DNA of 13,069 nt from an uncultured archaeon (GCA_964486045.1 CAZALK010000001.1:984937-998005); one strand, 5' to 3'. Positions 1 to 9,260 are shown, numbered from the stretch's first letter. Translations and numbers: made by a program. Notes: generated by a model from the sequence alone, not told the origin.

Positions 1-2716
1 CTGTAGGTGATAATTGACCCCCTAGGTTTGTTATCGATGTAATATTACTCTCTGCGTAAATAATTGTTAAATTGAAAGTTAATGGTATTATTTCATAACT
101 TAAAATCACTACTGAAACATTAATCAAATAATTCCCTACTGATAATCCTGAAGTTGTTATGGTGCCAATATATGTTGAAGTAGATGAATTAAAAACAAAG
201 TTGTTGAGGATAATTCCATTCTCTAGCGTATCTATATTTATATATCTCACAGTATATGAAGTTGCATCTCTAGCTATGGTTTTATTTAAAGATTCAGTAT
301 CTGTTATGTTAAATTCTATACTGATGTCAAGGGTTACAGTAGAATTATAATAATCTCCAATCCCAAATGGTTCTAATTGACCTCCCAAATTAGAAATTGA
401 ATCGATATTAAGTTGCGAATTTACTAAAGTTAAATTAAAACTATAGGTTGTGTTTTCATAATTTAATTTGGCAAATGTAATATTAATTAAATAATAACCA
501 GCTTCTGTTAAATCTGAACTTGAAATGGTTCCATTATATGTGCCGTAATCTGCAGTTTGAAAGAAGAACGCCAAAGTTTCCAGAAGTGTTCCACTTGACA
601 TTGTGATTAGGTTTGTATATGCAATGCTAATAGTAAAACCTGGTATTGCTTCAGTAATTGCTTTATCTCCATATTCTGTATCTGTTACATTGAAATCAAG
701 AAATAAATCCGCTCCAACAAAAGTAGTATAATTATATCCCATTCCAGTAGGAGTTAGTATTTCTTCAGGATCAGAGACCTTTATCATGTTAATTTGGGTG
801 TAATTTCCCCTTAAATAAAATGTGAAATATTCTACACTCCAATTATAGTTTGGGAACTTTGAAACATTGAATTCTAAAATATACCACCCGTAGTCCAGCC
901 CACTTAGACTTACATTTAGTATGTAATTCCCATCGTTGAAAGGATTAATTAATTCCCAATTAAAATCTCCTGTATCCCATATAGTTCCTGTTCCAAAATT
1001 TTTCACAGTTACATTTGATGTAATAAGATCGAGAATTGGCAGATCATTTATAGTGTCATTGAAATAAAAATCAATAGATTGGTTTAGTCCAGAATTCCTG
1101 GCTATCTCAACAGTTCCTGCGACATTTTTTATTTGCGTTTGAATAATTGTGACATCAATATCTAAGCTTATTACTTGAGTTTCGTTTCCGATAGCAGAAA
1201 TATTAAACATAAATGTAAATGGGGAAGCTGCTACAAAAACATTACTTGTATTCAAGTACATAGTGTATGTCCCATTGCCCCAATCTTTTAAAAATGAGAT
1301 GAAACCATAGGATGGTCCCACCACACTCCAATTTGCTCCTATTATAAAGGTATTCAAATAATCCGAATAGTTAAAGGTATATGACACATTCAGACCCCGT
1401 ATTACCGATCCAAAACCAAAGGAGTTAGAAGGATCGATTGAAGTTGTTCTTTGTCTATGAATTGAGAGTGCTGTTGATAAATTATTATAGTATTGTTTTG
1501 AGGCATTAATATAAATATCAATGAAACCGAAATTATTAACACCAAAATCAGAATGATTAGCGTAGATAGTTATGTTATACTTGCCATTTCCGATATAGGT
1601 TATATTATCACCTCTATAACTACTACTCTCATTAAGACGATAATTTATTATAGCCCCATTAATTCCTGTACCGTTGACTACATCAAAATATTGAATAGTA
1701 ACGTTAAATACTTGCCTATCAACAAAAACTGAGCCCTCTAAAGGATTGGTGACAAGTAGAGTAGTGTTTCCAATTATCAAATCAAGACTTGAATTACTTT
1801 GACTATGATAATTTTGTTTGCTTGCATTGATTCTCAAATTAAAATAACCATAATCTCTAAATATTTGATCACTACAATCTATTGTTATATTATATTCACC
1901 ACCTCCAAGATCTTCCCAGTAAGGAGTATAACTCCCTCCATCTACATCAACTTCTATTGTTGCTTCTTCTATTCCTTCACTTCTAGATATATCATTAAAG
2001 TTTGCTGTTATATTGAACACTTCATCTGAATAATAAAATAGTTTATCTGGCCATTTAGTAAGTGTTAATCCAGTGTCTCCAGTTATATCAATAATGAATG
2101 ATGTGGTTTGATTATAATAATATGCCTTATCAACATCAATACTTAGATTAAAATTTCCATAACCTGAAATATTAAAAACATCCGCACTACAATTTACAGT
2201 AATATTATAGTATCCATCCCCATAATCATGGAAATCAAGGGGAGTATATGGAGTTCCATTAACATTTATATTATCATAAACTGATGCACCATCAATTCCG
2301 ATAGATTTTATAGTATCATTAAAATACAGAGTAATGTTAAAAGTTTCACTTGAATTAAATGAAGTTATTTGGGGGAATAATCTAGTAAGATTTGTTTCTC
2401 CTAATATAATTAAATTTAGTGTTTCAGTTTGATTAATATAATAAGTACTACCTGCTTTAATCGTAATATTATTTGGACCATAATCAAATTCTGTATTATT
2501 GCTATCAAATGTGATGTTATATTTGCCATTACTAATATATTCTACACTATCATTGACAGTGCTATATAATCCATCATTGATTTTATATTGGATATCTGCA
2601 TCTGAAATATTTAGATTTTGTCCAGTGTCATTATAAAAAACAGTAATGTTAAAAATTTTGCTTACATCGAAAATCACATTTGGTGAAGGTTGAAGAATTT
2701 TTAAGGATGTTTCTGC
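1..2716 (-). repeat. Tandem protein-level repeats (about 102-127 aa) within the giant surface protein
   Basis: Units start at about 2716, 2401, 2080, 1771, 1450, 1144, 805, 424 and 61. Recurring motifs are G[EDN]TxL, FN[IV]Txx[YF]xD, GIxxA, [GS][ND]GxYNIT, [YF]G and K..Y.NQ. The last three units share a longer variant (NLGGQLxP or DPEEILTP; FN[IV]TDTE; YxGTIxxS; GxYLIN; FNLT). Confidence 0.85.
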
Positions 2717-4417
2717 AACAATTTCTATAGTATCTTCTAAAAATCCGGCATCAGTATTATTTGCCCAACCTAGCTTTATTCGATAAATTCCATATTTTTT
2801 TACTGTATCGGATATATTCCAATCACCAAAATATATCTCATTTCCTGAATCGAAAGAACTATTAATTAATGTATAATTTAAAAGATTATCAATTGCTGCT
2901 GGAGAATATACAGTAAGATTAATAAGGCCATCGTTAATTCCTGGTGAGAATGTTGCGTTAAAATGTGCTGTATTTGTGAAATTAAATTTAAGAGGTGTAC
3001 TTGAATCTGTATAAGCTGTTATGCTTGAAAGATGATTTGTGGAATTTGCTGTTAAGTACCAATATGTCCCATTTCCGGCATTTATTATATTCACCTCTCT
3101 ATATCCATTCCCCAATGAACTGTTAGTACTATCTGATGTTTTTGGGGTGCTCTCATTAAATATCTTGATACTATCTTTATCCCAAGTATCTGGTATGGTA
3201 AAATTAATTTGATAATTGTCAAAACCTGAATAAAAGTAGTTTAATCCTCCATTTCGGGTAACGTTCCATTCGACAGTTTGACCACTTCCAGCGATATTAA
3301 ATTCTGAACTAGCCACTAAGTTGGTCTTTGTAAAATTTATTAATACATCTGAAATATTACATGTGACATCCCACCAATCAGCCTGAATCGTGAAATTAAG
3401 TTCACCAGAGGCACTACTATTTACATCTGTGGATTCCCAATATCCTGAATCAATACCATCACCATATCCAGAAGCAGGATTATTATCTATTTTTAAACCG
3501 ATTTGTTCTGGACTGGGTGTATTATTCAAAGGCATTAAATCAATTGATAATCGAAAGTCTACAGATGGATCTCCAAATAAAATGTCATCTCTTAATACCC
3601 ATCCTGAACTATAGTAATACGCAGTGCTCTCATCATCACTATCTCCATTACCTTGATCAGAAACATAATACCATCTGGTATCCGCTCCTACACCTCCATC
3701 AAATAGGCCAATAAACCAAGTATTGTTTTCTGTATTAGTATTATCTAAGAGATAATGAACATTATAAATTGAAAAAGTTCCTGTAGTAGTTGCAGGGACA
3801 CCAAAAGTATCTAAAGTGGCTACATAACCTACATTATTTCCATAAGGCTCATTTCTACTGTTTCCACCATCCCATGTAGAATTATATAAGACAACTGTTA
3901 CAGTTGCGGGATTAACTGCAATATTTCTAACATATACAGAAATATTTTCCAAATATCCATCTCCAGCAACACTAAAAGAAGTTACTAAAGGATTAGCATT
4001 TGTAAAATCATCAAAACTGGTTATACCATCATCTTCTACGATTACAGTCTTATTAGGCGCATATATATCATTTATTGTTATATTAGTATATGATGAATTA
4101 AAAGTCGTATCAGTTGGACTTGGTAGTGTTATTTTATTGTTGTTTAGATCTGATGCATTTACAATACTATTAAACGAATCATTCAAATAAGATTGATGGA
4201 GAGTAATATTCATATTTTCACCCGTATTGCTAAAATCAGATGAGTAATCAGAAGTTTTTAACCCCTTAGGCCGAACAAATTCAACGGATGAGTCTGTATC
4301 ATTTATAGTGTTATTTGAGTTTCTGAAGAATGGATCAAAATACAAGAAACTCATGGTAATTGTAATAAGAAGAAGTACTAAAATCCGTTTTTTTTTCTTA
4401 AAATTAGAGTTATGCAT
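1..4417 (-). CDS. Giant secreted or membrane-anchored surface glycoprotein with tandem Ig-like beta-sandwich repeats (3' end outside window, at least 1472 aa)
   Basis: Manual translation of the minus strand from ATG at 4417 gives MHNSNFKKKKRILVLLLITITMSFLYFDPFFRNSNNT..., with no in-frame stop down to the last full codon at 4..2 (...ITSITNLGGQLSPT). A basic n-region plus hydrophobic h-region forms a signal peptide or anchor. The protein is rich in N, T, S, I, Y and F, with very many N-x-S/T sequons. It is probably absent from the ORF track because the stop lies outside the window. Confidence 0.93.
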   Translation of the reverse strand, partial: MHNSNFKKKKRILVLLLITITMSFLYFDPFFRNSNNTINDTDSSVEFVRPKGLKTSDYSSDFSNTGENMNITLHQSYLNDSFNSIVNASDLNNNKITLPSPTDTTFNSSYTNITINDIYAPNKTVIVEDDGITSFDDFTNANPLVTSFSVAGDGYLENISVYVRNIAVNPATVTVVLYNSTWDGGNSRNEPYGNNVGYVATLDTFGVPATTTGTFSIYNVHYLLDNTNTENNTWFIGLFDGGVGADTRWYYVSDQGNGDSDDESTAYYYSSGWVLRDDILFGDPSVDFRLSIDLMPLNNTPSPEQIGLKIDNNPASGYGDGIDSGYWESTDVNSSASGELNFTIQADWWDVTCNISDVLINFTKTNLVASSEFNIAGSGQTVEWNVTRNGGLNYFYSGFDNYQINFTIPDTWDKDSIKIFNESTPKTSDSTNSSLGNGYREVNIINAGNGTYWYLTANSTNHLSSITAYTDSSTPLKFNFTNTAHFNATFSPGINDGLINLTVYSPAAIDNLLNYTLINSSFDSGNEIYFGDWNISDTVKKYGIYRIKLGWANNTDAGFLEDTIEIVAETSLKILQPSPNVIFDVSKIFNITVFYNDTGQNLNISDADIQYKINDGLYSTVNDSVEYISNGKYNITFDSNNTEFDYGPNNITIKAGSTYYINQTETLNLIILGETNLTRLFPQITSFNSSETFNITLYFNDTIKSIGIDGASVYDNINVNGTPYTPLDFHDYGDGYYNITVNCSADVFNISGYGNFNLSIDVDKAYYYNQTTSFIIDITGDTGLTLTKWPDKLFYYSDEVFNITANFNDISRSEGIEEATIEVDVDGGSYTPYWEDLGGGEYNITIDCSDQIFRDYGYFNLRINASKQNYHSQSNSSLDLIIGNTTLLVTNPLEGSVFVDRQVFNVTIQYFDVVNGTGINGAIINYRLNESSSYRGDNITYIGNGKYNITIYANHSDFGVNNFGFIDIYINASKQYYNNLSTALSIHRQRTTSIDPSNSFGFGSVIRGLNVSYTFNYSDYLNTFIIGANWSVVGPSYGFISFLKDWGNGTYTMYLNTSNVFVAASPFTFMFNISAIGNETQVISLDIDVTIIQTQIKNVAGTVEIARNSGLNQSIDFYFNDTINDLPILDLITSNVTVKNFGTGTIWDTGDFNWELINPFNDGNYILNVSLSGLDYGWYILEFNVSKFPNYNWSVEYFTFYLRGNYTQINMIKVSDPEEILTPTGMGYNYTTFVGADLFLDFNVTDTEYGDKAITEAIPGFTISIAYTNLITMSSGTLLETLAFFFQTADYGTYNGTISSSDLTEAGYYLINITFAKLNYENTTYSFNLTLVNSQLNIDSISNLGGQLEPFGIGDYYNSTVTLDISIEFNITDTESLNKTIARDATSYTVRYINIDTLENGIILNNFVFNSSTSTYIGTITTSGLSVGNYLINVSVVILSYEIIPLTFNLTIIYAESNITSITNLGGQLSPT

Positions 4418-4645
4418 AGGTTCAACAAAATTTTTTCTAATTATTTTATATTTACACAATTAATGCTAATGTGTTTACAGTTTATATTTGCAAATTTTTT
4501 TTAAAACGTATGTGTTATATCACAATTTATTCCTTTAAATGTATCTAATATGCAGAAAGTATTTTCTTTTAAACTACTCTTGTGGAAAAAAATAATAAAA
4601 TTCTAAGTTGAAAATAATACTTTTAGATTAATATAATCTATAAAG

Positions 4646-5335
4646 TTAATCCTTATTCTTTAAGATAACTCTGGCATCAACACAAATTAAACCTTTTTCA
4701 TAAATAAAAACCGGATTTAAATCCATCTCGTTTATTTCCTCATGCTTTACAACAAGGTCCGAAATCTTCAACAAAGTCTTTACAATAGCATCAAGATCAG
4801 CTTTTGGCTTCCCACGGTACCCATCAAGTATCGGAAATCCTTTTATTTCTTTAATCATTTCATTAGCATCATATTCCGTAATAGGTGCTATTCTAAAGCT
4901 CACATCTTCAAGAAGTTCTACAAGAATCCCACCAATTCCAAACATCAAGGCAGGACCGAATTGTGGATCAGTTGTCATTCCAATAATCAGTTCTGTGATT
5001 GGTTCTTCAGCCATATTTTGAACAGAAACTTTCTTTTCTGCTTGGGCAGGTATTTTCATTAAGGAATCGTAGGCTTCTCCAACTTCTTCTTTTGTTTTTA
5101 GATTAAGTTTTACAGCTCCAGTGTCAGATTTATGGATCACATCTTCTGCCATCAGTTTTAACACAACTGGAAAACCAATTTTTTCTGCTGCAGATAGAGT
5201 TTCCTCCTTTGAAGAAGTTAAGCTTTGATCAGGAACGATTATTCCAATTTCTTCTAAAAGCTCTTTAGATTCAAACTCAGTTAAAACAGTTTGATTTGAT
5301 TCAATTTTTTCTTTTAAAACTTCAGCAATATTCAT
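4646..5335 (-). CDS. acdB: Acetate/acyl-CoA ligase (ADP-forming) beta subunit, ATP-grasp
   Basis: 229 aa with family motifs LTEFESKELL, IGFPVVLK, HKSD (phospho-relay His of ACD beta), ELIIG, DPQFGP, FGIGG, DVSFRIAP, GYRG and EMDLNP...VDAR. Confidence 0.92.
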   Translation of the reverse strand: MNIAEVLKEKIESNQTVLTEFESKELLEEIGIIVPDQSLTSSKEETLSAAEKIGFPVVLKLMAEDVIHKSDTGAVKLNLKTKEEVGEAYDSLMKIPAQAEKKVSVQNMAEEPITELIIGMTTDPQFGPALMFGIGGILVELLEDVSFRIAPITEYDANEMIKEIKGFPILDGYRGKPKADLDAIVKTLLKISDLVVKHEEINEMDLNPVFIYEKGLICVDARVILKNKD

Positions 5336-5359
5336 TACAATTATACCGTTTAAGGATAT

Positions 5360-5436
5360 TGAACTAATCAGTTCTAATTATTTAATTAAATTATGAAAAA
5401 AATATAAAATTAATTAAAAAGAATTAATGAACTAAT
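5360..5436 (-). promoter_or_regulatory. Putative acdB promoter with operator-like palindrome
   Basis: GAACT-AATC-AGTTC inverted repeat at 5361-5374; TGAACTAAT direct repeat at 5360-5368 and 5428-5436; TATA-like TTTAATTAAA at 5381-5390. Confidence 0.4.
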
Positions 5437-5511
5437 TCAATTTCGAATAAATTGGTGGAATTATAAAATGAATAAAAATTAAAGAAAAGATTTTGATTAG
5501 ATAATTATCTA

Positions 5512-8355
5512 CTAAGACTTTCTAAGTATTCGCATCCCTCTTTTTTTTCGAATTCTCCATTTTCTCAGTTCATCCACCACAGAAACGCTAAATGCTGCAA
5601 AAAACAGAGTAATCCAGTAGTATGGATGAATTAAAGGTACAACACGAAATGCGATTCCCATGGGTGTATATAATATAAGGAGCTGTAGCGCCAAAGAAAG
5701 ACCTGTTGCCCAAAATAAGTGTTTATTTGGAAACAAGTAAAAGGGTTTTATGTTTGAAGTACATGTGTAGACAAACAATAATTCACAAACAACAAGATTA
5801 GTAAATATTATCGTTTGAGTTAATTGGATAGCATAATAGTAAGCAGGAGAACCCACTGTTAAGTAAGCCATTGTTAGTTGAGGATCTATTCCAGCTTGAG
5901 CCCAACCAGGGATAAAAACACCCCATAATAATAAATAGAGAGCGATATCAGTAACTGAAGTATAAATCCCTAGTAGAAGAACTGGTCCTTTTATTTCAGA
6001 CAATAATGTAAATCCGATTCGAGGTTTCTCCTGCATTACATCCGGATCTGTTGGTGTAAGCCCTAACACCATAGCAGGAATCCCATCTGTTGCAATATTA
6101 AGCCATAAAATCTGAATTGGCGCAACTGGGAGTGCCAGAAATACATTGGTAAACAATTTCATAACAATATATGCTGTAAGAATTAAAAATATTTCATCGA
6201 AATTAGTACTTAACATATATCTAAAGAAGCCTTTCGTGGTTTCGAAGATACCTCTCCCTTCTTCTATAGCGTTAACAATTGTTGCATAATTATCATCAAT
6301 CAATATCATTTCTGAAGCTTCTTGAGTAACTTCTGTGCCTTTTAAGCCCATAGCCACCCCTACATGTGCTCCCTTCACAGCCGGGGCGTCATTTACCCCA
6401 TCTCCCGTCATTGAAACTACTAGATCCAATTCCTTCAATCTACGCAATATTCTCAATTTATGCTCAGACGTAACTCTAGCAAAAATGTCTACTGTTTTTA
6501 CCCTCTCACGAAGTTCCTCATCATTCATTCTTTCTAAGTCTATACCAGTTATTGCTTCTGATGATTCAGTTAAACCAATCTCATGCGCAATTGCAATGGC
6601 GGTAACTTTATGGTCACCTGTAATCATAAGTGTCCTAATTCCTGCCATCCTTGCTTCTTGAATTGCATCTTTAACTTCATCTCTCGCGGGATCAATAATA
6701 CCTGCCAGACCAAGATAAATATAGTTTCGTTCCATTTCATCCTCTTTATATCCTTCATTTAATGGTTTATAAGCAATTCCTAAAACTCGTAGCGCATTTT
6801 TAGCAAATTCCTCATTTTTTCCGAGGATCTTATCTTTTACTTCATTTATTGGTTTTACCTGATCATCATATATAGCATGACTCGCATTATTTAGCAGAAT
6901 ATCTGGGGCACCTTTTATTAATGAATACAATTTACTATCGATTCTTACTGCAACTGACATCATCTTCCTATCAGAATTAAAGGGTATCTCAGCTAATTTC
7001 TCTGATTTGGTGTCAAGTTCCATTTTCATAGCCAATATTTTCATTGAAATTTCAGTTGGATCCCCAACGACATCAGTATCATTTGTCCCATCATTTCTAA
7101 GCGACACATTTGAGTTATTACAAAACATACACACTTCTAAGTATTTTCTTAAATTATCTGTAATTTGGACCTTTTGACTTTTGTCATCAATAATTTTACC
7201 TTCAAGAGCATAACCTACACCCTCCACGTTATATTCAATACCTCCCATAAAAATCTTTACCACAGTCATTTCATTCTTTGTTAAAGTTCCCGTTTTATCT
7301 GAACAAATTACATTCACTCTTCCTAATGTCTCGACGGCAGTTAATTTTCTTACTAAAGCATTTCTATCAGCCATTTTACGCATTCCGAGAGACATGACTA
7401 CTGTAATTACAACGATTAAACCTTCAGGAACAGCTGATACCGCTAAACTAATTGATATTTCAAATGCTTCAATTATTTCATCAAGTCCCCCTCCTGGAAA
7501 GGCTAGAACTAATACAAGCTCAGTTACAAACACTATAGCACATATTATCAATATTAAAATTCCAAGAAGCTTTCCAAATCGATTCACCTCTTTTTGAAAA
7601 GGACTAAGCTCAAATTCTTCTTCTTGTAAACTTGTCGCAATTTTTCCAATCTCTGTGTTCATACCCGTTCCAATTACGATCCCCTCTCCATTTCCTCTCG
7701 TAATAATAGTATTCATATATCCGAGGTTAGTTCTATCAGCTAAAATCATTTTCTCCTCAACAGGTTTTATCTGCTTTTTAACTGTTTTTGATTCCCCAGT
7801 TAGAATCGCCTCATCCACATATAACGAAAATTCTTTATGAAATCGAATATCCGCGGGAAATTTGTCTCCTTCTCCTACGAGAACAATATCTCCAGGAACA
7901 ACCTCTTCAACAGCAATTTCTATTACTCTTCCACCTCTACGAACTTTAGCAAAATGAGGTGCTAATTTCTTTAAGCTATCTAAAGATTTCTCTGCCTGGT
8001 ATTCTTGGTAAAATCCAAGTACAGCGTTTACAATTAAAATAGCCCCTATTACAAGAGCATCAGTATATTCCGTGGACCAACTTTCACCTGAAGTTACAGC
8101 CTCATATAATCCAATTATAATTGAAATTATTATGGCAAAAATTAGAAGGTAGATAAGGAAGTCCTTAAATTGCCCTATGAAGATCTGCCATGCAGATTTA
8201 CCTTTTTCTTTAACCAGTTCATTTTTACCGTATTTTTCGAGTCTTTTTTGAACTTCTTGTTCAGTTAAACCATTTTCAAGTGAAGTTCCCATTTTTTTAA
8301 CTACTTCAGTAAAATCGATTGCATGTGATTGAATATTTTCCATTTTCATTACCAT
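5512..8355 (-). CDS. P-type ATPase, type IIA (Ca2+-transporting, SERCA-like)
   Basis: 947 aa with LTGES (A domain), VSAVPEGL (M4), CSDKTGTLT (phosphorylated Asp, DKTGT at 7285-7299), FNSDRKMMS and KGAPD (N domain), DPAR, MITGDH, FARV, TGDGVNDAPA and QILWLNIATDG (M6), plus about 10 hydrophobic segments. The start could be any of three nearby Met codons (MVMKME). Confidence 0.95.
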   Translation of the reverse strand: MVMKMENIQSHAIDFTEVVKKMGTSLENGLTEQEVQKRLEKYGKNELVKEKGKSAWQIFIGQFKDFLIYLLIFAIIISIIIGLYEAVTSGESWSTEYTDALVIGAILIVNAVLGFYQEYQAEKSLDSLKKLAPHFAKVRRGGRVIEIAVEEVVPGDIVLVGEGDKFPADIRFHKEFSLYVDEAILTGESKTVKKQIKPVEEKMILADRTNLGYMNTIITRGNGEGIVIGTGMNTEIGKIATSLQEEEFELSPFQKEVNRFGKLLGILILIICAIVFVTELVLVLAFPGGGLDEIIEAFEISISLAVSAVPEGLIVVITVVMSLGMRKMADRNALVRKLTAVETLGRVNVICSDKTGTLTKNEMTVVKIFMGGIEYNVEGVGYALEGKIIDDKSQKVQITDNLRKYLEVCMFCNNSNVSLRNDGTNDTDVVGDPTEISMKILAMKMELDTKSEKLAEIPFNSDRKMMSVAVRIDSKLYSLIKGAPDILLNNASHAIYDDQVKPINEVKDKILGKNEEFAKNALRVLGIAYKPLNEGYKEDEMERNYIYLGLAGIIDPARDEVKDAIQEARMAGIRTLMITGDHKVTAIAIAHEIGLTESSEAITGIDLERMNDEELRERVKTVDIFARVTSEHKLRILRRLKELDLVVSMTGDGVNDAPAVKGAHVGVAMGLKGTEVTQEASEMILIDDNYATIVNAIEEGRGIFETTKGFFRYMLSTNFDEIFLILTAYIVMKLFTNVFLALPVAPIQILWLNIATDGIPAMVLGLTPTDPDVMQEKPRIGFTLLSEIKGPVLLLGIYTSVTDIALYLLLWGVFIPGWAQAGIDPQLTMAYLTVGSPAYYYAIQLTQTIIFTNLVVCELLFVYTCTSNIKPFYLFPNKHLFWATGLSLALQLLILYTPMGIAFRVVPLIHPYYWITLFFAAFSVSVVDELRKWRIRKKRGMRILRKS

Positions 8356-8687
8356 ATTTTACTTTTTCGTTAGATGTTTTTATTAAAATAAATATAAATC
8401 ATTTCTTGATTCAATAAATTAAAATTCTCTTAAAGAAGTTAGCAATAGAAATCCTTAATTAGTATTCCTAACATTTTTGTTGGATATTTTAGAAGTTATT
8501 GGTCATAAATTTACATTTCTCAAAAAAAATCAAAAAAATAGTGTCACTATTAAACTCCTAAACAATTTTTTAAAATTAGAATTCCTTTAAAATTAAATAT
8601 GCAAAATATATAAATATAATAAATCTAAATAAAGATAAATTAATTTATCTAATTTAAATAATAAAAAAATATCCGTTTACGATAATC
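8356..8687. promoter_or_regulatory. Divergent promoter region between the Ca2+-ATPase and the membrane-protein operon
   Basis: Very AT-rich intergenic region. TATA-like TTTAAATA at 8653-8660 lies about 28 nt before ATG 8688. TATA-like TTTTAATA/TTTATATT occur on the minus strand at 8381-8398, upstream of ATG 8355. Confidence 0.4.
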
Positions 8688-9260
8688 ATGAGAACATCGC
8701 GAGTGTTTAGACTGCTATTTCGCATATTCATAGCTCTATTGACATTATCTGTGACAACTGTATCAATTTTAGGTGGAATGTCTGCCGTATTGATATTGAC
8801 TAATCCAGATAATATAGGGATTGACACTGCTAACGCGGATTTCAATTTAGACTTTGATCCATATGGTTTTCATGATGCAAATTTTAGTTTACCTTTTAAT
8901 ATCACGAATGCTGGCTATTTTGATATAGAAAACTTTCAACTTAAAGTTGATTTAGCAATGAATTATAGTCATGTTAATTATACTACTCCTGGAGTTAATG
9001 AAACTGTAACGGTAAAGATTTTCGAAAAAAGTCAAAATTTTGGGAATGTCCAAAAAGGATCAGTTGGATTTTTCAATTTTACAGGGCTATATGGTGATTT
9101 TCTTACGGGTAATTTTCCTAATATTACAAAAATAGATGTTTTTAAATCGCCTCCGATAATAGAGATTTATGCAAACCTTACGATAAGTCTAGATTATTCT
9201 CTTGGAATGCATGCTATTTCTATTAACATTCGTAATTTAAAAGTGGGTGAAATATCTTAG
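8688..9260 (+). CDS. Single-pass membrane glycoprotein with a LEA_2/WHy-like beta-sandwich ectodomain (hypothetical)
   Basis: Basic N-terminus, one long hydrophobic helix, then a beta-rich domain containing LPFNITNAGYFDIENFQLKVDL (LEA_2-like pattern, by eye) and 8 N-x-S/T sequons. Confidence 0.75.
   Translation: MRTSRVFRLLFRIFIALLTLSVTTVSILGGMSAVLILTNPDNIGIDTANADFNLDFDPYGFHDANFSLPFNITNAGYFDIENFQLKVDLAMNYSHVNYTTPGVNETVTVKIFEKSQNFGNVQKGSVGFFNFTGLYGDFLTGNFPNITKIDVFKSPPIIEIYANLTISLDYSLGMHAISINIRNLKVGEIS

Noticed and set aside
159-3714. Plus-strand ORFs 159..350, 1799..2029, 3390..3614 and 3517..3714
   Set aside because: Short, motif-less antisense shadows of the giant minus-strand CDS.
4388-4396. 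A9 tract in the signal-peptide coding region as a phase-variation switch
   Set aside because: It encodes the expected Lys-rich n-region, and similar homopolymers are common in this AT-rich window. There is no evidence of slippage.
4742-7840. Plus-strand ORFs 4742..5062, 6335..6661, 7394..7597 and 7655..7840
   Set aside because: Antisense to the well-supported acdB and P-type ATPase genes.
8461-8490. Imperfect inverted repeat TCCTAACA-TTTT-TGTTGGA in the divergent promoter
   Set aside because: It needs a bulge and is AT-rich, so it cannot be distinguished from chance.
8654-8845. Minus-strand 63-aa ORF
   Set aside because: Antisense shadow of 8688..9260.
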